This document shows positions 8,384-17,875 of a DNA stretch of 64,000 nucleotides, piece after piece; position 1 is the stretch's first letter, and every line of letters begins with the position of its first letter. The translations under genes and the position numbers were made by a program. Under the pieces are notes generated by a model. The model was not told the origin of the DNA, searched no databases, and was given only the letters and a program-made list of their open reading frames with translations. The stretch is from an uncultured Chloroflexia bacterium (GTDB lineage: Bacteria > Chloroflexota > Limnocylindria > Limnocylindrales > CSP1-4): assembly GCA_963752475.1 (NCBI GenBank), contig CAVVYR010000007.1, positions 288,001-352,000 of the forward strand. Reading direction: 5' to 3'.

Positions 8384-10405
8384 ATGCCAGCTCTCGGTCG
8401 CACCGACAGCCGGCTACGCATGGTGGCCATCCTCCTCGTGTTCGCCGTCATCGGCACAGCCGCCGGGCTGCGCCTGGGCTACTGGCAGGTCGTCGCCTCC
8501 GACGAGCTGACGGCCCAGATCGATGAGGTCAAGGCACGCAGCGAGGCCGCGTCGCAGAAGGTCGTGCGGGCCGACATCGTGGATCGCGATGGCGTGGTCC
8601 TGGCCAAGACCTCGTCGTTCGACAAGCTCGTGGCCTACCCCGACATCATCGTCGCTGACGACCTCGAGCCGGCCGTGGAACTGCTCGCGGCGTTGCTCGA
8701 CCTCGACACTCGCCGGCGCCTCGAGTACGTGGACATCCTGACCAAGGGTCTCGAGGACGGATCGCGTTTCGTCACGCTCGACACCAAGCTTTCGCTGGCC
8801 CAGAGCGAGAAGGTGCGTGACGCGATGGAGGATAGGCTCCTGCCGGGATATGGGCTCGAGGCCATGGACGTGCGCTACTACCCGCGCAAGGGCGGCGAGC
8901 CAAACACCTCGCTCGCGAGCCACATCCTGGGCTTCGTCCGTGCCGACGGCCGTGGCGGCGAGGGCGTCGAGCGCTACTACGACGAGGAGCTCACGACGGT
9001 CGACCCCGAGCTCGTGGACCTGGCCACGCTCGACGGCACGGCCGTCACGCTTCGCGGCATCGAGCCTGATCCGCTGCGGCTGACCATCGACGCCAAGCTC
9101 CAGCGGGCCATGGAGAAGGAGCTCCACACCGCGTATCTCGCGAACCAGGCCGAGAGCGCCAGCGCCATCGTCATGGACCCGCACACAGGCGCCATCCTCG
9201 CGGCGGCCACGGTGCCGGCCTACGATGCCGAGGACTACGCGGCCATCGCCAACGACGACATGAGCACGCTCGTGAACCGCGTCTTCCAGCACGCGTACGA
9301 GCCCGGTTCGGTGATGAAGATCTTCACCGCCACGGCCGCGCTCGACCTGGGGCTGGTCACGCTCAACACGGTCATCAAGGATCAGCGCGAGCTCGAGTTC
9401 TGGAAGTACACGGTACGCAACGCCGATCACAAGTCGAAGGGCAACCTGAAGGTCAAGGACGTCATCGCCCTCTCGCGGAACGTAGCCACGGCCAAGATCG
9501 CGCGCAAGCTGGGGCCCAACAACACGCAGAAGGCCGCCAAGCGGCTCTACAACCTGTGGGACAAGGTGGGCATGACCGGCCGCACCGGTGTCGACATCTC
9601 AGGCGAGGCCAGCGGCGCCTGGTACGACCCCAGGGACTACCAGTGGGCGCCGGTCGACCTGGCCAACCGCGCCTTCGGCCAGGGCGTGTCGGTGACGTTG
9701 CCACAGCTGGCCCGCGGCTTCTCGACCATCATCAACGGCGGCTTCCTGGTGCAGCCGCATTTCAACTCCGACACCGACGACGCCCTGGCTGAGCCCGAGC
9801 GGGTGCTCAAGGCCAAGACCGCCAAGCAGGGGCGGGAGATCCTGCAGCACGTCACCGGCTCGGTGCCGTGGTACGCGAAGGGCTCGCTCATCCCCGGCTA
9901 CGAGATCGGCGGCAAGACCGGCACGGCCCAGATCTGGGACGTCAAGAAGGGCCAGTGGAAGGAGCGGCGCTTCAACCACAGCTTCATCGGCTACGTCGGC
10001 GGCAGGCACCAGGAGTACGTCATCGCGGTGCGGCTGGAGGAACCCAAGCCGATCAAGATCGAGCAGGGTGCCATCCCGCTGCGCATCGAGTCCTACGAAC
10101 TCTTCCAGATGATCGCGCGTTCGACCATCAAGCAGATGAAGATGAAGAAGTCCAAGGACCCCAGAGCCGGGCTACCCATCCTCGGCACCGACGCCGCCAA
10201 GAAGCTGAGCCCCGTTCGCAACCGCGCCGTCGTCCAGAACGCCCAGGAGCAGGCCTCCGTGGAGAGGACATCGGCTCCTGCGGGCAAGAAGCAGACGACC
10301 AAGAAGCAGTCCGCGAGCGGACCGGCAGCCTCGGTCGGCCGGAACGTGCAGTCCGCCGGCATGCCCGTCGCGACGGAACCACCCGCCTCCGATCAGGGCA
10401 CGTAG
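8384..10405 (+). CDS. ftsI: Class B penicillin-binding protein (FtsI/PBP3)
   Basis: N-terminal TM, RADIVDRDG, RYYP; EPGSVMK (SxxK), SRN (SxN), GKTGT. Confidence 0.9.
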   Translation: MPALGRTDSRLRMVAILLVFAVIGTAAGLRLGYWQVVASDELTAQIDEVKARSEAASQKVVRADIVDRDGVVLAKTSSFDKLVAYPDIIVADDLEPAVELLAALLDLDTRRRLEYVDILTKGLEDGSRFVTLDTKLSLAQSEKVRDAMEDRLLPGYGLEAMDVRYYPRKGGEPNTSLASHILGFVRADGRGGEGVERYYDEELTTVDPELVDLATLDGTAVTLRGIEPDPLRLTIDAKLQRAMEKELHTAYLANQAESASAIVMDPHTGAILAAATVPAYDAEDYAAIANDDMSTLVNRVFQHAYEPGSVMKIFTATAALDLGLVTLNTVIKDQRELEFWKYTVRNADHKSKGNLKVKDVIALSRNVATAKIARKLGPNNTQKAAKRLYNLWDKVGMTGRTGVDISGEASGAWYDPRDYQWAPVDLANRAFGQGVSVTLPQLARGFSTIINGGFLVQPHFNSDTDDALAEPERVLKAKTAKQGREILQHVTGSVPWYAKGSLIPGYEIGGKTGTAQIWDVKKGQWKERRFNHSFIGYVGGRHQEYVIAVRLEEPKPIKIEQGAIPLRIESYELFQMIARSTIKQMKMKKSKDPRAGLPILGTDAAKKLSPVRNRAVVQNAQEQASVERTSAPAGKKQTTKKQSASGPAASVGRNVQSAGMPVATEPPASDQGT

Positions 10406-10446
10406 GGGTGACGGGATGGACGTCGGTGCGTGATGAGGCGAGGCGG

Positions 10447-11892
10447 ATGACACCAGACGCGGCGTCGATGAACGACGCCGCGACGCGATTCGATGCGCCC
10501 TCGCTCGCAGCCGCAGCCGACGGCCGACTCCTGATGGCGGGAGGAGCTGCCATCAGCGGTGGCGCCATCGACTCGCGTCTGGTGACCGAGGGCGTGGTCT
10601 TCTTCGCCCTGCCGGGCGAGCGCACTGACGGCCATGCGTTCCTGGAGCAGGCCGTGGAGGCGGGCGCGGCAGCGCTCGTGGTCAGCGACGAGCTGACGCC
10701 GGTGCGCATCGAGTCCCTCAGCGCCGATGGGCGCGTCACGATCGTGCGCGTAGCGGACACCAAGGTCGCGCTGCGGGCCGTCTCGGCCGCCTACCGCGAC
10801 CGCTTCACGCCGCTCGTCGTGGGCATCACCGGCTCGCTGGCCAAGACCTCGACCAAGGAGCAGATCGCCGAGGTCCTCGAGGAGGGCTTCGAGGTCCTGC
10901 GCAACCCGGCCAACTGGAACAACGAGATCGGCCTGCCCATGACGCTCCTGCGCCTGCGTCCCGAGCATCAGGTCGCGGTCCTCGAGATGGGCCTCTACAC
11001 CACCGGCGAGATCGCCCTCCTCGCGCGCCTGGCGCGACCGTCGGTCGGCGTGGTCACGGCCGTGCGCGGTGTACACCTCTCACGCGCCGGCTCCATCGAG
11101 GCCATCGAGACCGGCAAGCGCGAGCTGGTCGAGGCGCTGCCGGCCGACGGCTGGGCCATCCTCAACGCCGACGACGATCGCGTCCGCCGCATGGCCGATC
11201 ACACCGCTGCCGGTGTGCGCACCTACGGCTTCGCCGACGATGCCGACGTCCGCGCCACCAACGTCGTCTCGCTGGGCACCGAGGGCATGCGCTTCACGCT
11301 GCACATCGATGGCGAGGCCTACGAGGTCAGCACGCCCGTCCTCGGTCGGCACGGCGTGCACAACGCGCTGGCCGCGGTGGCCGTGGCGGAGCGTGCCGGC
11401 ATGGACATCGCCGAGGTCATCAGCGGGCTGGCACGGCCGCTCCGGATGCCCCACCGCTCGCAACTCGTGACGGCCGGTCCGTGGCGCATCCTCGACGACT
11501 CCTACAACGCGTCTCCTGACGCTGTCCTGGCAGCTCTGGACCTCCTCTCAGAGCTGCCGGGGCGGCACTTCGCGGTGCTCGGAGAGATGCTCGAGCTGGG
11601 TGACAGCGCCGAGGCCGAGCATCGTCGTGTCGGCGAGTACGCCGCGGCCGTCGCCGACGGGCTGGTCGTCGTGGGCGAAGGCGCGCGCGGCATCGCGGAC
11701 GCCGCGGTCGAGCGTGGCCTCGATGCCGACCGCGTTCACATGGCCGCCGATCGCGAGGAGGCGCTCGCGATGCTGCTGGCACAGCTGCAAGGGGGTGACT
11801 CGGTCCTCGTCAAGGCCTCACGTGGGGCTGCGCTCGACCTTCTCGTCGAGCGCCTGGTGCTGGCCGCTGAGGCAGCAGGGGGGAGCGCATGA
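10447..11892 (+). CDS. murF: UDP-MurNAc-tripeptide--D-Ala-D-Ala ligase
   Basis: IDSR, DGHAF, GITGSLAKTSTKE, NNEIGLP, LEMG, DDSYNASP, LGEMLELG, VLVKASRG. Confidence 0.95.
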   Translation: MTPDAASMNDAATRFDAPSLAAAADGRLLMAGGAAISGGAIDSRLVTEGVVFFALPGERTDGHAFLEQAVEAGAAALVVSDELTPVRIESLSADGRVTIVRVADTKVALRAVSAAYRDRFTPLVVGITGSLAKTSTKEQIAEVLEEGFEVLRNPANWNNEIGLPMTLLRLRPEHQVAVLEMGLYTTGEIALLARLARPSVGVVTAVRGVHLSRAGSIEAIETGKRELVEALPADGWAILNADDDRVRRMADHTAAGVRTYGFADDADVRATNVVSLGTEGMRFTLHIDGEAYEVSTPVLGRHGVHNALAAVAVAERAGMDIAEVISGLARPLRMPHRSQLVTAGPWRILDDSYNASPDAVLAALDLLSELPGRHFAVLGEMLELGDSAEAEHRRVGEYAAAVADGLVVVGEGARGIADAAVERGLDADRVHMAADREEALAMLLAQLQGGDSVLVKASRGAALDLLVERLVLAAEAAGGSA

Positions 11893-12878
11893 TCGGCGGC
11901 GAGTCCATCGTCTACGGCGTCCTTGTCTCGTTCGCCATCGTGGTCGTGCTCATGCCGGCGTTCATCCGGCTGCTCAAGCGTGTGGGCATGGGCAAGCGCA
12001 TCCGCCTCGAGGGGCCGCAGACGCACTACACCAAGGAAGGCACGCCGGCCATGGGCGGCCTGCTCATCGTGCTCGTGGTCCTGGGCATCGCGGGCGTCAT
12101 CGAGCTCATGACCGGCAACTTCCTCGACGGCTCCACCATCGCGCCACTGGCCACGCTGGCGCTGGTGGGTGGGCTGGGCACGGTCGACGACTGGCTCAAC
12201 GCCCGCACTGGCGACGGCATCAGCGCGACCCAGAAGCTGCTGTGGCAGACGGTCGTGGCCGGGGCTGCGGCGTGGCAGATCCAGAACACCTATGGCATCG
12301 ACCAGCTGGCGGTGCCGTTCGTCGGCGCGGTCGACATCCACCCGTCCCTGTTCATCCTCATCGCGGCCTTCGCTATCGTGGCCACGAGCAACGCGGTCAA
12401 CATCACCGACGGCCTCGACGGCCTCGCAGGCGGCACGCTCATCTTCGCCTTCGTGGGCTACATGATCATCGCCTACACCTTCGGTCAGCCCAACCTGGCC
12501 GAGGTCTGCGCGCTCATCATCGGCGCCCTCCTCGCGTTCCTCTGGTTCAACGTCCACCCGGCGCAGATCTTCATGGGTGACTCCGGCTCGCTTGCGCTGG
12601 GCGCCACGCTGGCGGTCACCGCCGTGATCTCGGGCCAGGTCCTGCTGCTGCCGCTGATCGGCCTCATCTTCGCGGTCGAGACCCTCTCGGTCATCCTGCA
12701 GGTGGCCTCGGTGAAGCTCCGCGGCAAGCGCATCTTCAGGATGTCGCCGCTGCATCACCACTTCGAGCTGTCAGGCTGGGATGAGGAGAAGATCACCCTC
12801 CGCTTCTGGATCATCGGCGCCCTTTCGGCACTCATCGGCGTGGCCTTCTACATGGCCACCGTCGGGCTCCTGAATTGA
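11889..12878 (+). CDS. mraY: Phospho-MurNAc-pentapeptide transferase
   Basis: KEGTPAMGG, VDD, NAVNITDGLDGL, IFMGDSGSLALG, PLHHHFE; multi-pass membrane protein. Confidence 0.97.
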   Translation: MIGGESIVYGVLVSFAIVVVLMPAFIRLLKRVGMGKRIRLEGPQTHYTKEGTPAMGGLLIVLVVLGIAGVIELMTGNFLDGSTIAPLATLALVGGLGTVDDWLNARTGDGISATQKLLWQTVVAGAAAWQIQNTYGIDQLAVPFVGAVDIHPSLFILIAAFAIVATSNAVNITDGLDGLAGGTLIFAFVGYMIIAYTFGQPNLAEVCALIIGALLAFLWFNVHPAQIFMGDSGSLALGATLAVTAVISGQVLLLPLIGLIFAVETLSVILQVASVKLRGKRIFRMSPLHHHFELSGWDEEKITLRFWIIGALSALIGVAFYMATVGLLN

Positions 12879-14356
12879 CGGCGATGGAGACCCCACCGGC
12901 GTCCGCCATCGATCTGGAGGGACTGGGCCTGGAGGCCTTCCGCGACCAGCCGGTGGCCGTGCTCGGGTTGGCGCGCAGCGGCACCGCCCTGACGCGCTTC
13001 CTGGCCGACCACGGGGCCCGGGTCACCGTCTATGACACCCGCACCGCCGACCAGTTGGCCGACGCCATCGCTGGGCTCGGCGACCGACAGCTCCGCTTGC
13101 TGTTGGGTCCCGATGTCGATCCGGCCGAGGCGCTCGCGGGCCAGGCGCTCATCTGCACCTCGCCCTCGGTCAGCAGCCGCTATCCCACGACCGAGCCGCG
13201 CCTGCGCGCCGCGCTCGCCGCGGTCGAGGCCGAGGGGCGGGTCGCGGTGGTCAGCGAGGTCGACCTCTTCCTGCGCCTGTGCCCCGCGGCCACCGTCGGT
13301 GTCACCGGCACCAAGGGCAAGACCACGACCTCATCGCTCACGGCCGCGGTCCTCGCCGCCGGCGAGCCGCCCGTCCTGCTCGGCGGCAACATCGGGGTCC
13401 CGCTCATCGAGCGCCTGCCGGAGCTGACCTCGAACCATCGCGTGGTGCTTGAGCTCTCGGAGCTGCAGCTGCCCACGCTCTCGCGCGGCACCGACATCGC
13501 GGTCTACACCCACGTCACCTCCGATCACCTCGATCGCCACGGCTCCCTCGAGGCCTATCGCGCGGTCAAGCAGCGGCTGGTCGAGCTGCTGCCGACCGGC
13601 GGCGTGCTCGTGCGCAACGACGACGACCCGGTGGTCTCGGCATACGCCGCGCCCGAGCGCGCTCGCACGGTCACCTATGCCCGATCCGCTCCCGAAGCCG
13701 CGTCGGTGGGCATCGCCGATGACTGGGTCGTGGCCGGCTCGGCCATGGTTCCTGCGGGGCACGACGGCCGGGTCCTGCCACTGGCCGACATCCCCATCCC
13801 CGGAGAGCACAACGTCTCCAACGTGCTCGCGGCGGTGGCCGTGGGCCTGCTCTACGGCGTGGTGCCCGACGCCATCGCCGACGCGGTGCGCGGGTTCGGC
13901 GGCGTCGAGCATCGGCTCGAACGCGTCGACGAGATCGCCGGCGTGACCTACATCAACGACTCCCAGGGTACGCAGCCCGACGCCGTCATCGCGGCCGTTC
14001 GTGCCTTCGAGCAGCCGCTCGTGCTCATCGCCGGCGGTCGCTCCAAGGGGAACCCCATCGAGTCACTCGCGGCAGCCGTCGCGGAACGTGCCACGGCCGC
14101 GGTGCTCATCGGCGAGACGGCCGAGGAGCTGGCCGCTGCCTTCAGCGCGGCAGGGCTCGAGCGCATCGAGCGTGCCGGCTCCATGGACGACGCGGTCGCC
14201 CTGGCCACCAGGATCGCGGGCGAGGCGACACCGGCGACCGTGCTGCTGAGTCCGGCTGCCGCTTCGTTCGACATGTTCATCGACTACGAGGCTCGCGGAC
14301 GGGCCTTCAAGGCTGCCGTGGCCGCGATCGCTGTCCCGGGGGAGGGGACCCGATGA
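12875..14356 (+). CDS. murD: UDP-MurNAc-L-Ala--D-Glu ligase
   Basis: GLARSG, GVTGTKGKTTT, GGNIG, LELSELQL, DHLDRH, EHRLE, INDSQGT, LLSPAAASFD. Start may be ATG 12884. Confidence 0.95.
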   Translation: MTAMETPPASAIDLEGLGLEAFRDQPVAVLGLARSGTALTRFLADHGARVTVYDTRTADQLADAIAGLGDRQLRLLLGPDVDPAEALAGQALICTSPSVSSRYPTTEPRLRAALAAVEAEGRVAVVSEVDLFLRLCPAATVGVTGTKGKTTTSSLTAAVLAAGEPPVLLGGNIGVPLIERLPELTSNHRVVLELSELQLPTLSRGTDIAVYTHVTSDHLDRHGSLEAYRAVKQRLVELLPTGGVLVRNDDDPVVSAYAAPERARTVTYARSAPEAASVGIADDWVVAGSAMVPAGHDGRVLPLADIPIPGEHNVSNVLAAVAVGLLYGVVPDAIADAVRGFGGVEHRLERVDEIAGVTYINDSQGTQPDAVIAAVRAFEQPLVLIAGGRSKGNPIESLAAAVAERATAAVLIGETAEELAAAFSAAGLERIERAGSMDDAVALATRIAGEATPATVLLSPAAASFDMFIDYEARGRAFKAAVAAIAVPGEGTR

Positions 14357-15834
14357 TGGAGGCCCTGCGCTTCCCTTGGGACGACGACAGGCGGCGCGAG
14401 GTCGCGCCCAGCGCCTTCCGGCCGCGCTCGCGCCGCAAGTCGAGCCGCTCACAGGCCAGCCGCCAGCCACGCAAGCCTTCGACCCGACGCCGGCCCAGTG
14501 TCTCGCGCACCGCCGCCACCCTGCCCCTGCCCGAGGCGACGACGCGGGTGGGCACCAGTCACGCCTCTCGCGAGGCTGCGCGCGACCGCACGGCCGGACG
14601 TGTGGTCAAGGGCCCGCAGCGCGAGCGCCACGAGCCCGACTACGTGCTCATGGCCGTGGCCGCGGCGCTCTCGGCCATCGGCATCCTCATGGTCTATTCC
14701 AGCGGCGGCCACAGCGCCGCGCTCGAGGGCAGCGTCTTCGATGCTGTCAGCGAGCAGCTCGGCTGGGGCCTGCTCGGCGGTCTCGTGCTCTTCCTCATGA
14801 TGCGCATCGACTACCGCTACTGGCGCTCGTTCTCGATCCTCGGCATCGCCATCTCGATCGTGTTGCTGATCCTCGTGATCGGACCCAGCCTCCCGCCGCT
14901 ACTTCAACCCATCGACGCCAACGGCGCCACGCGCTGGTTGAAGATCGGCGGCCTGCCCTCGTTCCAGCCGACCGAGATCGCCAAGATCGCGCTGGTCATC
15001 TTCCTGGCCCACTGGCTCAGCCTCAAGGGCAAGTCGGTCGGCTCGTTCCGAGGCGGGCTCGTCCCGTTCGTGCTGCTCATCTCGGTCTTCGCGGGACTGA
15101 TCCTGCTGGAGCCCGACCTGGGCACGACCGGCGTTATCGTGCTCACCGCCTTCACCATGTTCTTCGTCGCCGGCTGCAGCATCTGGCAGCTGATGCTGAT
15201 GCTCCCGCTGGGTGTCGCGGCCGTGGCCGGCGTGGTCCTGATGAAGCCGTACATGCTCCAGCGCGTGACGATCTTCCTCGATCCGTTCGCCGATCCGGCC
15301 AACGCCGGTTACCAGACCGTGCGCGGCATCTACTCGCTGGCCTACGGCGGCATCACCGGCAAGGGCCTCGGCGTCAGCCAGCAGCCGGCCGGCCTCTCGG
15401 TCCCGGCCGCGGAGAACGACTTCATCTTCGCCGTCGTGGGCCAGGAGTTCGGCCTCTTCGGCGGGCTCCTCGTCATCGGCCTCTTCCTCGTGCTCGCCTG
15501 GCGAGGCATGCAGGTGGCCATGAACGCACCCGACACGTTCGGCGGCCTGATGGCCCTGGGCATCACCGCCTGGCTCACCTTCCAGGCCTTCATCAACATC
15601 GCCGTGGTCGTGAGCCTCATCCCCATGACCGGCATGCCGTTGCCGTTCCTGAGCAAGGGCGGGACCTCGCTCGTGGTCGTTCTCGCGGCCGTCGGTATCC
15701 TTCTATCCATCTCCCGAGAGACCGTTACCCGAGGTGCCAGCGCGCATGAGGATCCTCATCGCAGCCGGGGGCACCGGCGGCCACATCTATCCCGCCCTGG
15801 CCGTCGTGACCCAGCTGCAGACTCGCCAGCCTGA
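14353..15834 (+). CDS. ftsW: SEDS peptidoglycan polymerase FtsW
   Basis: MVYSS, NGATRW, FQPTEIAK, EPDLGT, ENDFIFAVVGQEFG, PMTGMPLPFLSKGG. Confidence 0.92.
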   Translation: MMEALRFPWDDDRRREVAPSAFRPRSRRKSSRSQASRQPRKPSTRRRPSVSRTAATLPLPEATTRVGTSHASREAARDRTAGRVVKGPQRERHEPDYVLMAVAAALSAIGILMVYSSGGHSAALEGSVFDAVSEQLGWGLLGGLVLFLMMRIDYRYWRSFSILGIAISIVLLILVIGPSLPPLLQPIDANGATRWLKIGGLPSFQPTEIAKIALVIFLAHWLSLKGKSVGSFRGGLVPFVLLISVFAGLILLEPDLGTTGVIVLTAFTMFFVAGCSIWQLMLMLPLGVAAVAGVVLMKPYMLQRVTIFLDPFADPANAGYQTVRGIYSLAYGGITGKGLGVSQQPAGLSVPAAENDFIFAVVGQEFGLFGGLLVIGLFLVLAWRGMQVAMNAPDTFGGLMALGITAWLTFQAFINIAVVVSLIPMTGMPLPFLSKGGTSLVVVLAAVGILLSISRETVTRGASAHEDPHRSRGHRRPHLSRPGRRDPAADSPA

Positions 15835-16891
15835 TCTCCACCTGCGCTGGCTGGGCGGACGCCGTGGCCTCGAATCGGAGATCGTGCCCGCCGCGGACAT
15901 CCGCCTCGACCGGCTATGGCTGCGGTCGCTGCGCACCGTCGATGCTTCGCTGAACACGATCCTCGACCCGCTGCGCCTGGGGGCATCGGTGCCCCAGGCC
16001 ATCTGGAAGCTCATCCGCTGGCGGCCGGACGTCATCTACACCACCGGTGGCTACGTGGCCATCCCGGTGCTGGCCGCGGCCGCGCTGCTGCGGATCCCCA
16101 CGCTGCTGTGGGAGGGCAATGAGACCCCCGGTCGCAGCGTGCGCCTGTCGGCTCGGATGGCCACGCTGCGGTCCGTCTCCTACGCCGTCACCAGGGACCG
16201 GCTGCCGGCCCCGACGTTCGTCACCGGCACGCCCATCCGTGATCTCGGTGGTGGCGACAAGGCCGCGGCCCGCTCGCGGCTGGGCCTGCCGGGCGATGTG
16301 CCCGTGATGCTCATCTTCGGTGGGTCGCAGGCCGTGCGCCGTCTCAGCGACGCGGTGGCCGGATCGATCGGCGACCTCGTCGATCGCTGTTGCGTCGTGC
16401 ACATCACCGGCAGCGCGGCCATCGACGAGGCCGAGGCGCTGCGCGCGACGTTGCCGCAGGACCGACAGGAGCGTTACCGGCCCTTCGCCTTCCTGCACGA
16501 GGACATGGACGCCGCGGTGACCTCGGCCGACCTGCTCATCGGTCGGGCCGGGTCCTCGACACTGGCGGAGGCTACCGCTGCCGGACTGCCCATGGTGGTG
16601 GTGCCGTATCCGCACGCCGCGGCTCACCAGAAGGCCAACGCGGCCGAGATGGTCGACGCTGGGGCGGCCATCCTCATCGACGACGAGAACCTCGATGGCG
16701 GCACGCTGCTCGAGGCCTGCGACCTGCTGTACGACGACCGTCTGGCCGAGATGTCCGAGGCGGCCCTGCGTATCGCGCGACCCGGGGCTGCCGCTGCCGG
16801 CGTCCGGCTGCTGGAGGTCCTCGCCGCCGGCGAGCCCCTGCCCACGCAGGACGAGCTCGACGTCCTGACGCGCAGCGCGAGCGGCACATGA
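15746..16891 (+). CDS. murG: Lipid II GlcNAc transferase MurG
   Basis: AGGTGGHIYPAL, TGGYVA, GTPIR, FGGSQA, RAGSSTLAE, HQKANA. Confidence 0.96.
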   Translation: MRILIAAGGTGGHIYPALAVVTQLQTRQPDLHLRWLGGRRGLESEIVPAADIRLDRLWLRSLRTVDASLNTILDPLRLGASVPQAIWKLIRWRPDVIYTTGGYVAIPVLAAAALLRIPTLLWEGNETPGRSVRLSARMATLRSVSYAVTRDRLPAPTFVTGTPIRDLGGGDKAAARSRLGLPGDVPVMLIFGGSQAVRRLSDAVAGSIGDLVDRCCVVHITGSAAIDEAEALRATLPQDRQERYRPFAFLHEDMDAAVTSADLLIGRAGSSTLAEATAAGLPMVVVPYPHAAAHQKANAAEMVDAGAAILIDDENLDGGTLLEACDLLYDDRLAEMSEAALRIARPGAAAAGVRLLEVLAAGEPLPTQDELDVLTRSASGT

Positions 16892-17844
16892 GGCGCCTGA
16901 CACACGACGAGCAGCTCAAGCTCGGCGGCGACATCCAAAGGCGCCTGGGTATCAAGACCTCACGCGATGAGCCGCTGGAGCGGTTCTCGACGATGCGCGT
17001 CGGTGGCCCGGCCGACCTCTTCGCCGAGGTGCGCAACCTCTTCGAGCTGCGCGGCATCGTGCGCTTCGCCCGCCAGCGCGACATCCCGCTGTTCCTCATC
17101 GGCCGCGGCTCCGACCTCGTCATCAGCGACGCCGGTATCGGCGGCCTGGTCGTGGTCGTGCGTGCCGCGGGCCTGCGCGTCACAGACGAGCGTGTCAGTG
17201 CGGAGGCCGGCGTGCAGATGGCCAAGCTGGCCACCATCGGCAAGCAGAACGGGCTCTCCGGTCTCGAGTTCGGGCTAGCCATCCCAGGCTCGGTCGGTGG
17301 CGCCGTGTGGGCCAACGCCGGCGCCCACGGCTCGGATGTCAGCGGCGTGCTCACCACCGCCCTCGTCGTCGACGCCGAGGGCGAGGAGCGAAAGCTCGGA
17401 CCCGACGAGCTGGGCATGGCCTATCGTGAAACGCGCCTGAAGCACAGTGTCCCGGGCCGGCCCGACGTCGTACTCGAGGCGTCGTTCGCACTGCAGCCCG
17501 CCGAAGCCGATACCATCGCCGAGCGCCTCGCCGCCATCCGTCGCTGGCGCCAGGAGCATCAACCGATCGGCCAGAAGTCGGCCGGTAGCGTCTTCCGCAA
17601 TCCCGAGGGGGACTCGGCCGGGCGCCTCATCGACGAGCTCGGGCTCAAGGAGCACCGCGTGGGCGGCGCCCAGGTGAGCCCCAAGCACGCCAACTTCATC
17701 GTCAACACCGGTGGCGCCACCGCTGCCGACGTGCGCGCGCTGGGCGACCACGTTCGCGAGACCGTGCGTCGTGAGCGCGGGATCGATCTGGCCTACGAGG
17801 TCGAGTTCGTCGGCGACTGGCCAGCCCAGGAGGAGGGGACATGA
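16888..17844 (+). CDS. murB: UDP-N-acetylenolpyruvoylglucosamine reductase
   Basis: TMRVGGPAD, IGRGSDLV, GLEF...IPGSVGGAVWANAGA, SAGSVFRNP, KHANFIVN, YEV. Confidence 0.96.
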   Translation: MRRLTHDEQLKLGGDIQRRLGIKTSRDEPLERFSTMRVGGPADLFAEVRNLFELRGIVRFARQRDIPLFLIGRGSDLVISDAGIGGLVVVVRAAGLRVTDERVSAEAGVQMAKLATIGKQNGLSGLEFGLAIPGSVGGAVWANAGAHGSDVSGVLTTALVVDAEGEERKLGPDELGMAYRETRLKHSVPGRPDVVLEASFALQPAEADTIAERLAAIRRWRQEHQPIGQKSAGSVFRNPEGDSAGRLIDELGLKEHRVGGAQVSPKHANFIVNTGGATAADVRALGDHVRETVRRERGIDLAYEVEFVGDWPAQEEGT

Positions 17845-17875
17845 CCGCCATCTGCATCGAGCTGGGCACGAGCGC

